A stretch of 64,000 bases of DNA from Bacilli bacterium (GTDB lineage Bacteria; Bacillota_I; Bacilli_A; RFN20; CAG-826). Position 1 is the first letter of the stretch. Each line of letters begins with the position of its first letter. Location: assembly GCA_035647455.1 (NCBI GenBank), contig DASRNI010000002.1:31-64030 (forward strand). The letters run 5' to 3'. The notes below the pieces were generated by a model, which saw only the letters and a list, made by a program, of their open reading frames with translations, was not told the DNA's origin and searched no databases. This document shows, piece by piece, positions 33,756 to 43,764 of this stretch. Position numbers and translations under genes: made by a program.

Positions 33756-35402
33756 ATGAAAAGTAAATTTAGTAAACAATTAATTTTTGTCCTTTTCGGT
33801 GTACTATTAATCACAAGCTGTGATAATGGCAAAACTTCAGCACCAGACACATCGAATCCAAGTACAGTAATTCCCAGTTCAGAAGTGATTAGCTCAACTT
33901 CTGAAAAAGAAATTTATGACGGACCAGTTGATCAGTTTAGCCGGGTTGAACCAGGAACAAACTATAGCAATCGCGCGCTTGATCATGCGATTGAGATGAC
34001 AGCACTTGATTCACTAGGTGAACAAAAACTACTCGTTGTTCCCGTCGTTTTCTCAAATACTGCAGGAACACATGATACGGAAGAAAACCATGAAATGCTC
34101 GAGCGTGTTTTCTTTGGTGAAAGTGAAGATACAGGGTGGGAATCACTCGCCTCTTACTACGCGAAAAGTAGTTATGGCCGCTTAACCTTAACCGGTGAAG
34201 TCGCGGATTACTTTTATTTAGATTATTCAACATTTGAATTAGCAGAAAAACATGTTGATGACGCGCAATATATTGGTGAAGACCATTACTGGGATGAAAC
34301 ACACCACGTAATTAAAGATATTTATAACACATATGACGCGGAATATTTAAAACAGTTCGACCTTGATGGTGATGGTTTTGTCGATGCGTTTTGGATGGTT
34401 TATATGGCAGAAATCGGTGCAGTTGGTGATGATAGTGACGTCTTCTGGGCGTATAAGTTTTATTGGAACCGTCTCCCGAACAAAGATAAGCCAACGCCAA
34501 ACACGTATGCGTGGGCTGGCTTTACATTTGCCCGCGATGGTAAAGGTTATTCATACGCAGAACCAGATGCCCATACATTTATTCATGAAACTGGACACCT
34601 TTTAAGCTTACCGGACTATTATGATTACGATACTGATAGCCGGACAGGCATGCAGTTAACAAATCCTTCAGGTGGACTTGATATGATGGCGTATAACATT
34701 GCTGATCACAATAGTTATTCAAAATACCGTTACAACTGGATTGAACCTTACGTTGTTGAAGGTAACGCCGATATTACAATTGCACCTTTTGAAAGTTCTG
34801 GTGACGCAATTTTACTTAAAAATGGTTGGAATGGTCATGCGTATGACGAATATTTAATGTTTGACTTTTATACACCAACAGGACTAAATGAAAAAGATAG
34901 TGAAGAAGGTGGCTATAGTTCAAAACGCAACCCAAACAGCGGAACAAGAAACTTTACGATTCCTGGTGTCCGCATTTGGCACGTTGATTCGCGCTTATTA
35001 AAGTATGTTTATGATCATACGGGCGAATTTGTTTCACGAACATGGACAAATACAATTTCTGGTGATGCATATCATTACACCGCGGTTGGACCAAGCAACA
35101 CTGCTTCACGTAGTCGCGCACAAAAGATTGGTACGGAAACGGAAATTGCCGATGACCTTAAATTGCTCCACTTGCTTAACGCTGAAGGACGAACTGGTAA
35201 AGTTGGAAACTGGCTCCGTACAGGCACAGTTGCCGGTAATAAAGCACTTTTCCAAGAAGGTGATGTCATTGAATACGACAACTGGAAACAATATTTACAA
35301 AATAGTGAAGCGTTTAATGATGGAACCCCAGTTGGCTATACAGTTGAAATCGGTGAAATGACCGAAGAAGGCGTGACAATTAAGTTCCGCGTTGCTAATT
35401 AA
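33756..35402 (+). CDS. M6-like (immune inhibitor A-type) zinc metalloprotease lipoprotein, paralog 1
   Basis: Signal peptide plus lipobox LITSC. HETGHLLSLPD = HExxHxxxxxD. N-terminal GEQKLLVVPVVFSN block typical of the M6 domain. Confidence 0.7.
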   Translation: MKSKFSKQLIFVLFGVLLITSCDNGKTSAPDTSNPSTVIPSSEVISSTSEKEIYDGPVDQFSRVEPGTNYSNRALDHAIEMTALDSLGEQKLLVVPVVFSNTAGTHDTEENHEMLERVFFGESEDTGWESLASYYAKSSYGRLTLTGEVADYFYLDYSTFELAEKHVDDAQYIGEDHYWDETHHVIKDIYNTYDAEYLKQFDLDGDGFVDAFWMVYMAEIGAVGDDSDVFWAYKFYWNRLPNKDKPTPNTYAWAGFTFARDGKGYSYAEPDAHTFIHETGHLLSLPDYYDYDTDSRTGMQLTNPSGGLDMMAYNIADHNSYSKYRYNWIEPYVVEGNADITIAPFESSGDAILLKNGWNGHAYDEYLMFDFYTPTGLNEKDSEEGGYSSKRNPNSGTRNFTIPGVRIWHVDSRLLKYVYDHTGEFVSRTWTNTISGDAYHYTAVGPSNTASRSRAQKIGTETEIADDLKLLHLLNAEGRTGKVGNWLRTGTVAGNKALFQEGDVIEYDNWKQYLQNSEAFNDGTPVGYTVEIGEMTEEGVTIKFRVAN

Positions 35403-35458
35403 CGTTGCAATTTCTCTTTAAATTGACTACACTTATAAAAGTACCAAAAAGAGAGAAA

Positions 35459-36943
35459 ATGATGAAAAGAACAAAGACAGCACTATTATTATTGACATTA
35501 CTTACAGTAGTAAGTTGTCAAAGTAATGCTGTCTTTTTACGTTTTGAAAAAGAAGTTGTTGTTAAAGAGTTTTTGACCGAAACCACGGACGAATATTATT
35601 TACCAAACAGTTACACTAAAAGTTACGCTGATATTTTACGTTCCAACCCAAACGCTAAATATAAAGAACGTTCACTAAAGAGTACAGGGGAACAAAAAAT
35701 CCTTGTTTTACCGGTTCTTTTTCCGAATTATCCACTCAGTAATTTTGATGAAAGCGCTGATGGAAGTGAATCATTAATAAATATTGAAAAAGCGTTTTTC
35801 GGAGTCCCTGAAAATACAAGCTGGGAAAGCGTTGCAAGTTACTATTACACATCAAGTTACGGTCAACTCTTACTTAGTGGTCACGTCGCTCCGTGGTATA
35901 CTTTACCGGAAAACTACGCGACAACGATGCTCGAAAACCGCGTTAATGTAAGTCACGACAAAGTCCGTGAAACAACGGAAATTATGAAACTTGCTTTAAG
36001 TAATTACGCGCATAGCGGTGGCGATTTAACCGCTTTTGATTTAGATGAAGATGGTTATATTGATAGTGTGTATGTAATTTACGGCTACCCGTACAAAGCA
36101 AACAGCGAAAAAAGCGTCTTTTGGGCATTTGCCGCTTACAATCAAAGTAATGAAGGCACAGTCGAAACACCGGTAGCGAACATGTATGCGTGGAGCAGTT
36201 ACGACTTTTTAAAGGCCGAGAAACAAAAACCTGACGCGCATACATATATTCATGAAGTCGGGCATTTACTTGGTTTAGTTGATTATTACAACACAAATTA
36301 CCGTGAAGGATATTCCCCGCTTGGTGGCTTTGATATGATGGACAGCACGATTGGTGATCACACAGGGTTTTCGAAAATGCTCCTTGAGTGGACGTATCCG
36401 AAACAAATTAAAAAAAGTGCGACTTTAACGCTTAAACCGTTTAGTGAAACGGGCGAACTTTTCTTACTTAAAAACGGTTGGAACGAAAGTGCACTTGATG
36501 AATATTTATTACTTGAATACTACACACCTGCCGCCTTAAACGAACAAGATTCACGGCTTAATGCTGAATTTAAATTACCGCGTAGAAGTGGCTTAAAAGT
36601 TTATCACGTTGATGCACGAACAGAATATAAAAAAGGCAATGATTACGTTTATACAAGTGAAACAGAACACGCCCCAAATACACTTGAAGTACTCGCACAC
36701 AGCAACACACATGGCGCGCGCAATGGCGAATATAAACTATATAGTTTACTTGAACCAGAAGAAAGCTTAAATATTCTTGAAGGCGGCAACGCGAATATGC
36801 ATTCACTTTTTACAAGTAATGATGATTTTGGCCTTACACATTTCCAGGACTTTACGTTTAATGACGGGACAAAACTCGATTTAGGTTTTAAAGTAAAAGC
36901 GGTGAATGCGGACGGAATAACACTTGAATTCAGCGAAATATAA
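35459..36943 (+). CDS. M6-like zinc metalloprotease lipoprotein, paralog 2
   Basis: MMKRTKTALLLLTLLTVVSC lipoprotein signal, HEVGHLLGLVD. Collinear similarity to paralog 1 (WESxASYY..SSYG, FDLDxDG, GGxDMM, LLKNGWN, YHVDxR). Start taken at ATG 35459. Confidence 0.7.
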   Translation: MMKRTKTALLLLTLLTVVSCQSNAVFLRFEKEVVVKEFLTETTDEYYLPNSYTKSYADILRSNPNAKYKERSLKSTGEQKILVLPVLFPNYPLSNFDESADGSESLINIEKAFFGVPENTSWESVASYYYTSSYGQLLLSGHVAPWYTLPENYATTMLENRVNVSHDKVRETTEIMKLALSNYAHSGGDLTAFDLDEDGYIDSVYVIYGYPYKANSEKSVFWAFAAYNQSNEGTVETPVANMYAWSSYDFLKAEKQKPDAHTYIHEVGHLLGLVDYYNTNYREGYSPLGGFDMMDSTIGDHTGFSKMLLEWTYPKQIKKSATLTLKPFSETGELFLLKNGWNESALDEYLLLEYYTPAALNEQDSRLNAEFKLPRRSGLKVYHVDARTEYKKGNDYVYTSETEHAPNTLEVLAHSNTHGARNGEYKLYSLLEPEESLNILEGGNANMHSLFTSNDDFGLTHFQDFTFNDGTKLDLGFKVKAVNADGITLEFSEI

Positions 36944-36980
36944 CCGTTATTATTATTTAATAATAAAAAAACACGTTTTC
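36940..36980 (+). repeat. Right copy of the bipartite direct repeat flanking the M6 cassette
   Basis: ATAACCGTTATT (36940-36951, overlapping the stop codon) and AAAAAACACGTTTTC (36966-36980). Confidence 0.7.
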
Positions 36981-36993
36981 TAACTAATATAAG

Positions 36994-37022
36994 TTGACAG
37001 ATTAAGACTAAATCTTTATAAT
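36994..37022 (+). promoter_or_regulatory. Sigma-A type promoter of the str operon
   Basis: TTGACA (36994-36999), 17 nt, TATAAT (37017-37022). A leader of about 105 nt precedes rpsL. Confidence 0.6.
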
Positions 37023-37127
37023 TACAAAGTAATGGCCAATTAATGGTCGTTTTTAATTGAAAACTCTCGATACACCCGGTTGTGTGTCAAGTAGAAAAAC
37101 AAATAACTAAAAGAAAGGAGTCATGCT

Positions 37128-37550
37128 ATGCCGACAATTAACCAACTCATACGTCATGGACGCAAAAAACCTGTCTACAAGTCGAAATCACCAGCACTTA
37201 CAAAACGCTGGAATTCGCTTAAACGCCGTGAAGTTGATCAGTTTTCCGCCCAAAAGCGTGGTGTTTGTACCCGTGTAGGGACAATGTCACCAAAGAAACC
37301 AAATAGTGCTTCGCGGAAATATGCTCGTGTACGTTTATCAAACGGATACGAAGTAACAGCTTATATCGGTGGCGAAGGTCATAACTTACAGGAACATAGT
37401 ACTGTTCTTATTCGTGGTGGCCGTGTGAAAGACTTACCAGGTGTTCGCTATCACATCGTCCGCGGAACACTCGATACAGCAGGTGTCGAAAACCGCCGTC
37501 AAAGCCGTAGTCTCTACGGAGCGAAAAAACCTGAAGACTTAGAATCATAA
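37128..37550 (+). CDS. rpsL: 30S ribosomal protein S12
   Basis: [13 protein letters not shown]...[19 protein letters not shown]...[13 protein letters not shown]. Confidence 0.97.
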   Translation: MPTINQLIRHGRKKPVYKSKSPALTKRWNSLKRREVDQFSAQKRGVCTRVGTMSPKKPNSASRKYARVRLSNGYEVTAYIGGEGHNLQEHSTVLIRGGRVKDLPGVRYHIVRGTLDTAGVENRRQSRSLYGAKKPEDLES

Positions 37551-37580
37551 ATATCACGAAAATAAAGAGGAGGAAATGTT

Positions 37581-38051
37581 ATGCCACGTAAAGGAAAAGT
37601 TGAAAAACGCGATGTGTTACCAGATCCAATTTACAATTCAAAACTCGTAACACGCCTAATCAATAAAATTATGTACGACGGTAAACGTGGTACAGCGCAA
37701 ACAATTTTATATAACGCGTTTGCCCGCATTGAAGAAAAAACAAAACAACCAGCGATGGACGTTTTTGCAACTGCAATTAGTAATATCATGCCTGAAGTTG
37801 AACTTAAGGCACGTCGTGTTGGTGGACAAAACTACCAAGTACCAATTGAAGTTAGTGCAGAACGAAAAACAACGCTCGGCTTACGCTGGTTAGTTAACTA
37901 TTCACGTTTACGCAGTGAACGCACAATGGAAGAACGTCTTGCCGCAGAAATTATTGATGCTGCAAACGGCAATGGTGCTGCTGTTAAGAAACGTGACGAC
38001 ACCCATAAAATGGCCGAAGCAAACAAAGCATACGCTCACTATCGCTATTAG
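37581..38051 (+). CDS. rpsG: 30S ribosomal protein S7
   Basis: [31 protein letters not shown]. Confidence 0.97.
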   Translation: MPRKGKVEKRDVLPDPIYNSKLVTRLINKIMYDGKRGTAQTILYNAFARIEEKTKQPAMDVFATAISNIMPEVELKARRVGGQNYQVPIEVSAERKTTLGLRWLVNYSRLRSERTMEERLAAEIIDAANGNGAAVKKRDDTHKMAEANKAYAHYRY

Positions 38052-38059
38052 GAGTATTT

Positions 38060-40144
38060 ATGGCAAAAGACAAAGTATACGATTTACAGCATACGCGTAA
38101 TATCGGCATTATGGCCCATATTGACGCCGGAAAAACAACGACGACAGAGCGGATTCTTTTCTATACCGGAAAAATCCACAAAGTTGGCGAAACACATGCC
38201 GGCGAAGCAACAATGGACTGGATGAAACAAGAACAAGAACGTGGGATTACAATTACAAGTGCGGCAACAACCGCGTATTGGAATGAAAACCGCATTAATA
38301 TTATTGATACACCCGGTCACGTCGACTTCACAGTTGAAGTTGAGCGTTCACTCCGTGTTCTTGATGGTGCCGTTACTGTACTTGATGCGAAAAGTGGTGT
38401 TGAACCACAAACCGAAACAGTGTGGCGTCAAGGGACAAAATATAACGTCCCCCGGATTGTTTTTGTGAATAAAATGGATTCCGTTGGTGCAGATTTTGAT
38501 ATGGCAATTAGCACATTACATAGTCGGTTAGCCGCAAATGCTGCAGCGGTCCAAATCCCGATTGGTGCCGAAAATCATTTTGCTGGTGTTATTGACGTTA
38601 TTGACCGTAAAGCGTATTACTATGGCGATGATCCTGATGACTTTGCCATTAAAGAAATACCGAGCGAATATGCTGAAAAAGTTAACGAAGTCCGGATGAC
38701 TTTACTCGAAAAACTTGCTGAATTTGATGACGAATTAATGATGCTTGTTTTAGAAGGTGAAGAACCACCGGTTAGTTTAATAAAAAAAGTTATCCGTAAA
38801 GCCGTCTTAACTGGGAGCTTTTACCCCGTTTTTGCCGGTTCTGCGTATAAAAATAAAGGAATTCAACCTTTACTCGATGGTGTGATTGATTACTTGCCAA
38901 GTCCGCTTGACGTTCCAAGTGCGAAAGCCGAACGAATGGATGGTACGGAACTTACTTGTGCAAGTGACGCAACTGCACCACTCGCTGCCCTAGCTTTTAA
39001 AATCGCAACAGACCCGTACGTTGGGCGTCTTGCCTATGTCCGTGTTTATAGCGGTGTTTTAAAGTCGGGTTCATACGTCTTTAACTCAATTAAAGGCAAA
39101 AAAGAACGTGTCGGACGTCTCGTCTTAATGCATTCAAATCACCGCTCTGAAGTTAGTGAACTAAAAGCTGGTGATATCGGTGCGGTTGTTGGTCTTAAAA
39201 TTACGACAACTGGCGATACGCTTTGTCACGAAACAAGTAAGCTCATACTCGAACGGATGGAATTTCCTGAACCGGTTATTGAGCAAGCAATTGAACCAAA
39301 AACACGCGTTGACCAAGACAAAATGTCAATTGGTCTAGCAAAACTTATGGAAGAGGATCCAACATTTAAAGTTTCGACAAATAGTGAAACGGGGCAAACA
39401 ATTATTGCCGGTGTTGGTGAACTTCATTTAGATGTCTTAGTTGATCGTTTACGTCGAGAATTTGGTGTCCAAGTTAACGTTGGATCACCACAAGTTGGGT
39501 ATCGTGAAACGATTTCATCCATTGTTGAAACTGAAGGAAAATATATTCGTCAGTCTGGTGGACGTGGCCAATATGGTCATGTGAAAATTCGTTTCGAGCC
39601 AAATCCTGGCAAAGGGTTTGAGTTCGTTGATGCGATTGTCGGAGGCGTGGTCCCGCGTGAATACATCAAACCGACAAACGATGGACTAGTTGACTCACTC
39701 GCGCGTGGTTTAGTTGCCGGTTATCCAGTAATCGATATTAAGGCAACACTTTATGATGGTAGTTATCACGATGTTGATAGTAGTGAAATGGCGTATAAAA
39801 TTGCCGCTTCAATGGCGCTTAATGAAGCCGGAAAAGTTGGTGATCCTGTTTTACTCGAACCAATCATGAAAGTTGAAATTACTGTCCCTGAACAATATTA
39901 TGGCGACGTATTAGGCGATTTAGCCCGTCGTCGTGGCGTCATGCGCGATGAAAGCCTTCGCGGTAATGCGAAGATAATTGACGCTGAAGTTCCACTTTCC
40001 GAAATGTTTGGCTACGTGACTGATTTACGTAGTTTCACGCAAGGAAGAGGAACGTTTATGATGAGTTTTGATCACTACGGCGAATGTCCAAAATATATCG
40101 CCGATGAAATAATTAAAAAGACCGGGCGTGTTGCCCGCGCTTAA
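38060..40144 (+). CDS. fusA: Elongation factor G
   Basis: 694 aa. [25 protein letters not shown] and NKMD GTPase motifs. Confidence 0.98.
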   Translation: MAKDKVYDLQHTRNIGIMAHIDAGKTTTTERILFYTGKIHKVGETHAGEATMDWMKQEQERGITITSAATTAYWNENRINIIDTPGHVDFTVEVERSLRVLDGAVTVLDAKSGVEPQTETVWRQGTKYNVPRIVFVNKMDSVGADFDMAISTLHSRLAANAAAVQIPIGAENHFAGVIDVIDRKAYYYGDDPDDFAIKEIPSEYAEKVNEVRMTLLEKLAEFDDELMMLVLEGEEPPVSLIKKVIRKAVLTGSFYPVFAGSAYKNKGIQPLLDGVIDYLPSPLDVPSAKAERMDGTELTCASDATAPLAALAFKIATDPYVGRLAYVRVYSGVLKSGSYVFNSIKGKKERVGRLVLMHSNHRSEVSELKAGDIGAVVGLKITTTGDTLCHETSKLILERMEFPEPVIEQAIEPKTRVDQDKMSIGLAKLMEEDPTFKVSTNSETGQTIIAGVGELHLDVLVDRLRREFGVQVNVGSPQVGYRETISSIVETEGKYIRQSGGRGQYGHVKIRFEPNPGKGFEFVDAIVGGVVPREYIKPTNDGLVDSLARGLVAGYPVIDIKATLYDGSYHDVDSSEMAYKIAASMALNEAGKVGDPVLLEPIMKVEITVPEQYYGDVLGDLARRRGVMRDESLRGNAKIIDAEVPLSEMFGYVTDLRSFTQGRGTFMMSFDHYGECPKYIADEIIKKTGRVARA

Positions 40145-40241
40145 AAAAGTCGTTTTGCGTGACTTTTTATTGAAATAAAAACAAAATTGCTATAAGATAG
40201 AAGCGTTATAATAGCGCACTTATAAGAAGGAGGAAATTATT

Positions 40242-41426
40242 ATGGCAAAACAAAAGTTTGATCGTAGTAAAGTCCACGTTAACGTCGGTACAATTGGCCA
40301 CGTTGACCACGGAAAAACAACATTAACCGCTGCGATCACAAAAACACTCGCAATTGCTGGTGGCGCAACTGCAGCGTCATACGAAGAAATTGACAGCGCT
40401 CCAGAAGAGAAGCAACGTGGAATTACAATTAACACGTCGCACTTAGAGTACGAAACGGCAACCCGTCACTACGCACACGTTGACTGTCCAGGTCACGCGG
40501 ACTATGTTAAAAATATGATTACTGGTGCCGCGCAAATGGACGGCGCAATTCTCGTCGTTGCGGCAACTGATGGTGTTATGCCACAAACACGTGAACATAT
40601 CTTACTTGCTCGTCAAGTTGGTGTTCCATACGTCGTCGTCTTCTTAAACAAAGTTGATTTAGTTGATGACCCAGAACTTATTGATATCGTTGAAATGGAA
40701 GTTCGTGAACTTTTAAATGACTACGAATTCCCAGGTGATGATGTCCCAGTTATTCGCGGTTCAGCCCGTGATGCCCTTGATGGCAAAGAAGATGCTCAAA
40801 AAGCAATCTTAGAGTTAATGGATGCAGTTGATAGTTATATCCCTGAACCAGAACGTGTTACTGACCTTCCATTCTTACTCCCAATTGAAGACGTTATGAC
40901 AATTAGTGGTCGTGGTACAGTTGTTACCGGCCGTGTCGAACGTGGAACAGTCAAACTTAACGACCCAGTTGAAATCGTTGGTATTCGTCCAACAAAACGT
41001 ACTGTCGTTACCGGTTTAGAAATGTTCCGTAAACTTCTTGATGTTTCAGAAGCTGGCGATAACGTTGGTGTTTTACTCCGCGGTGTTGCCCGTGATGAAG
41101 TTGAACGTGGACAAGTACTTGCCGTTCCTGGCTCAGTTAAACCACACACAAAATTCACTTCAACCGTTTACGTTTTAACGAAAGAAGAAGGTGGACGTCA
41201 TACAGCTTTCTTAAATAACTATCGCCCACAATTCTACTTCCGTACAACCGACATTACTGGTAGTGTTACACTTCCAGCCGACGTCGAAATGGTTATGCCT
41301 GGTGATACCGTCAACTTAACTGTTGAACTTATTCACCCAGTCGCAATTGAAAGTGGCACAAAGTTCTCAATTCGTGAAGGTGGCCGCACTGTTGGTGCCG
41401 GTACCGTTACCGATATTCTTAAGTAA
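40242..41426 (+). CDS. tuf: Elongation factor Tu
   Basis: 394 aa. [25 protein letters not shown]. Confidence 0.98.
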   Translation: MAKQKFDRSKVHVNVGTIGHVDHGKTTLTAAITKTLAIAGGATAASYEEIDSAPEEKQRGITINTSHLEYETATRHYAHVDCPGHADYVKNMITGAAQMDGAILVVAATDGVMPQTREHILLARQVGVPYVVVFLNKVDLVDDPELIDIVEMEVRELLNDYEFPGDDVPVIRGSARDALDGKEDAQKAILELMDAVDSYIPEPERVTDLPFLLPIEDVMTISGRGTVVTGRVERGTVKLNDPVEIVGIRPTKRTVVTGLEMFRKLLDVSEAGDNVGVLLRGVARDEVERGQVLAVPGSVKPHTKFTSTVYVLTKEEGGRHTAFLNNYRPQFYFRTTDITGSVTLPADVEMVMPGDTVNLTVELIHPVAIESGTKFSIREGGRTVGAGTVTDILK

Positions 41427-41450
41427 TTAGTACTTAATAACGAACAACTA

Positions 41451-41473
41451 GCTCCCTTCGGGGAGCTTTTTTT
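41451..41473 (+). terminator. Rho-independent terminator after tuf
   Basis: GCTCCC-TTCG-GGGAGC followed by T7. Confidence 0.85.
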
Positions 41474-41481
41474 CTTTCTGT

Positions 41482-41510
41482 TTGTTATTACTTATAACTT
41501 TAGTTATAAT
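41482..41510 (+). promoter_or_regulatory. Putative promoter of the RDD gene pair, with an embedded inverted repeat
   Basis: TTGTTA (41482-41487), 17 nt, TATAAT (41505-41510). The 8-2-8 inverted repeat TTATAACT-TT-AGTTATAA is at 41492-41509. Confidence 0.4.
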
Positions 41511-41520
41511 AATATTATCA

Positions 41521-42642
41521 ATGAAGCAAACAGCGACAAAAGAAACTTTTAAAAACACCCATATTTCATATGCGACTGTTGGGAAAAGAACAGGGGCGTT
41601 ATTTGTTGACTTAATTTTAACGTTTTTCCTAATGATTATGCTTTCTCTAGCGACTGTTCCTGTTTTACAAAATGCTTTTAATTATAGTGATATGCGTGAC
41701 GCGGTGGCGTTAGAAATGCGTAAAAGTTATCTTTTTGAAACTACAGAAGTGCTTGCTGACGACTTAAGTAATCTAGATGACGTCCTTTTAGCGCAAGACG
41801 AAGTAACGCAGGAGATTATGCTTGGTAAGAGTGAAACATACGCTTTTCGCACGTTTAAATATTATACGGTCTTTTTACAACTTGAAAGCGAAGATAATGA
41901 ATACACAACAGCGTGGTACATTGAAAACGTTTTAAAAATTGGCGATGAAGATACACTTTTTGAAATTATCGTTGATCCGGCACAAGTCGATAATCTTCGT
42001 GAAATCTATGAAGATGTTGATTATTTCGTTCCGGAGGGCGTGAAACTTCGTGAGAACACGACAAACGAAGCGCTGAAAAAGTTTAATGAAGAAATTTACG
42101 GTTACGCTTTGTATACATTTAATCATCGTGATGTAATTTTGCAAGGTGAACTATTAGTTGCGACGATTGAACTCATTAATATGCTCTTACTCATTGTCGT
42201 TGCAAGCTCAGTTTTCTTTTTAGCGCTGCCACTCTTTTTAAAGAACGGCAAAACGCTTGGTAAATTACTCTTTAAAATCTCGGTTACGACAAAGCACGGC
42301 TTTAAAATTGGGCCGCTTGGTTTATTGCTCCGTTATTTTGCCTTTTTATTAATTGAAATTATTTTAAGTTCGGCGCTCGGCGTCATTCTTTTTGGAAATT
42401 TACTTTTCCCGATTTTCCCTTTTATTAGTTTAACGATTATTGTCTTTAGTGCGGAACGGAAGTCGCTCCATGACTTTGTTTCCGGAACAATTGTGGTTGA
42501 TGACGAGAAAAGTGTTATTTATAATAACATCACGGAATATAATCACGCCGTTCATCTTGCAAGTAAGGCCGCTGGCCGCATGGGTGACGATGTTAATGAA
42601 GAGTTGTTTAGTGAACGATTCCGTGACGGAAGTGGGGCCTAA
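41521..42642 (+). CDS. RDD-family membrane protein with a large inserted loop, paralog 1
   Basis: N-terminal GKRTGALFVDLILTFF (R and D), GKTLGKLLFKISV, C-terminal RKSLHDFVSGTIVV (D). About 170 polar residues lie between TM1 and TM2. Start taken at ATG 41521. Confidence 0.65.
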   Translation: MKQTATKETFKNTHISYATVGKRTGALFVDLILTFFLMIMLSLATVPVLQNAFNYSDMRDAVALEMRKSYLFETTEVLADDLSNLDDVLLAQDEVTQEIMLGKSETYAFRTFKYYTVFLQLESEDNEYTTAWYIENVLKIGDEDTLFEIIVDPAQVDNLREIYEDVDYFVPEGVKLRENTTNEALKKFNEEIYGYALYTFNHRDVILQGELLVATIELINMLLLIVVASSVFFLALPLFLKNGKTLGKLLFKISVTTKHGFKIGPLGLLLRYFAFLLIEIILSSALGVILFGNLLFPIFPFISLTIIVFSAERKSLHDFVSGTIVVDDEKSVIYNNITEYNHAVHLASKAAGRMGDDVNEELFSERFRDGSGA

Positions 42643-43640
42643 TGCATCGTTATGCAGTACGTCAAAGTGACGGCAAACGGATTTTAGCCGGATTTTTAGA
42701 TTTTGTTTTTGTGCTCGTTCTGAGTATCTTTATTTTTTGGCCAATTGAAGCCGTTGCAGTCACGATGAATTACGGCTATAACAATAGTTTCCAAATGGAG
42801 CTTGATGCAACGCTGCTTTACAGTGAGCTTTATGAAGGAAATCCTGAAACGGGACAAATCGCGATTATTGATGAAATTGATAAGTATCCGAAGGCACTTT
42901 ATAACTTTTATGTTGATAAAAGACACCCGGTCACAAACGCATTACAACGCGGGTTTTCGCCGATTTTAAATCCGAGCAAAGTAGAAACACCAAATAGTTT
43001 CAATACCGCTGAAGATTATTACATTTATGTTTTAGAAAAAGACACGGCAACAACACTTTTTGATTTTAGTGCGATTGATCACGATTTTCCGTGGGAAATT
43101 GCTGTAAAAAGTGGCAATGAAAAAGCCGTACGAACTTTTTATGAAGAACAATTTATGACCGCTTTAAATTTACTCGCTGAACATGAACGGGTTAGTTTCT
43201 TAACGTTAAAAACAACGACGATTGCCGCGACTAAACTGCTTATTATTTATTTAATTGCTGCGACTATTTTAGTCTTAATTTTACCGCTCTTTTTTAGTGA
43301 CAGTGTTACCCTTGGCAAACTCGTAACAAAAACAACGATTAGTGATGCTAACGGCTTTAAAGCAACGAAAGGCCAAGGCATTCTACGGAATGTAGCGATG
43401 TTTATTTTTAGTTATGTCTTTTTCTTTATGCCGTTTCATCTTATATCATTAATCGCGAGTGTCGTGCGGAAAAACAAACAAAGCCTTTACGACTTTTTAA
43501 GTCGTACTGTCGTGCTAAACAAAGAAACAAGCCTTGTTTTTGCCGATGAAACCGAACTTTTACGCTATCAGAAAAAACTCGCAAAAATATTAATCGACCA
43601 AGAAAGGCGCAAAGCTAAGCGCTTAGAAGAGGAGCAATAA
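42642..43640 (+). CDS. RDD-family membrane protein with a large inserted loop, paralog 2
   Basis: GKRILAGFLDFVFVLVL, VTLGKLVTKTTI, KQSLYDFLSRTVVL. TAATG coupling to paralog 1. Confidence 0.65.
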   Translation: MHRYAVRQSDGKRILAGFLDFVFVLVLSIFIFWPIEAVAVTMNYGYNNSFQMELDATLLYSELYEGNPETGQIAIIDEIDKYPKALYNFYVDKRHPVTNALQRGFSPILNPSKVETPNSFNTAEDYYIYVLEKDTATTLFDFSAIDHDFPWEIAVKSGNEKAVRTFYEEQFMTALNLLAEHERVSFLTLKTTTIAATKLLIIYLIAATILVLILPLFFSDSVTLGKLVTKTTISDANGFKATKGQGILRNVAMFIFSYVFFFMPFHLISLIASVVRKNKQSLYDFLSRTVVLNKETSLVFADETELLRYQKKLAKILIDQERRKAKRLEEEQ

Positions 43641-43698
43641 AAGCACAGAAAATAAAATAAAAGACGTTTTAATTAAGCTTTCACGCAAATAATAATCA

Positions 43699-43727
43699 TT
43701 GGTTATACTACCACTATGTGGTATTAT
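43699..43727 (+). promoter_or_regulatory. Putative promoter of the ABC operon, with an embedded palindrome
   Basis: TTGGTT (43699-43704), 17 nt, TATTAT (43722-43727). ATACTACCAC-TAT-GTGGTATTAT (43705-43727) is a 10-3-10 inverted repeat with 1 mismatch. Confidence 0.4.
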
Positions 43728-43764
43728 TATATTAAATAAGCAGGAATACTGCAGGAGGAAAAGT

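Noticed and set aside
40145-40175. Possible terminator after fusA (AAAAGTC...GACTTTTT).
   Set aside because: The stem is short and imperfect, and fusA-tuf are normally co-transcribed. The evidence is too weak to call.
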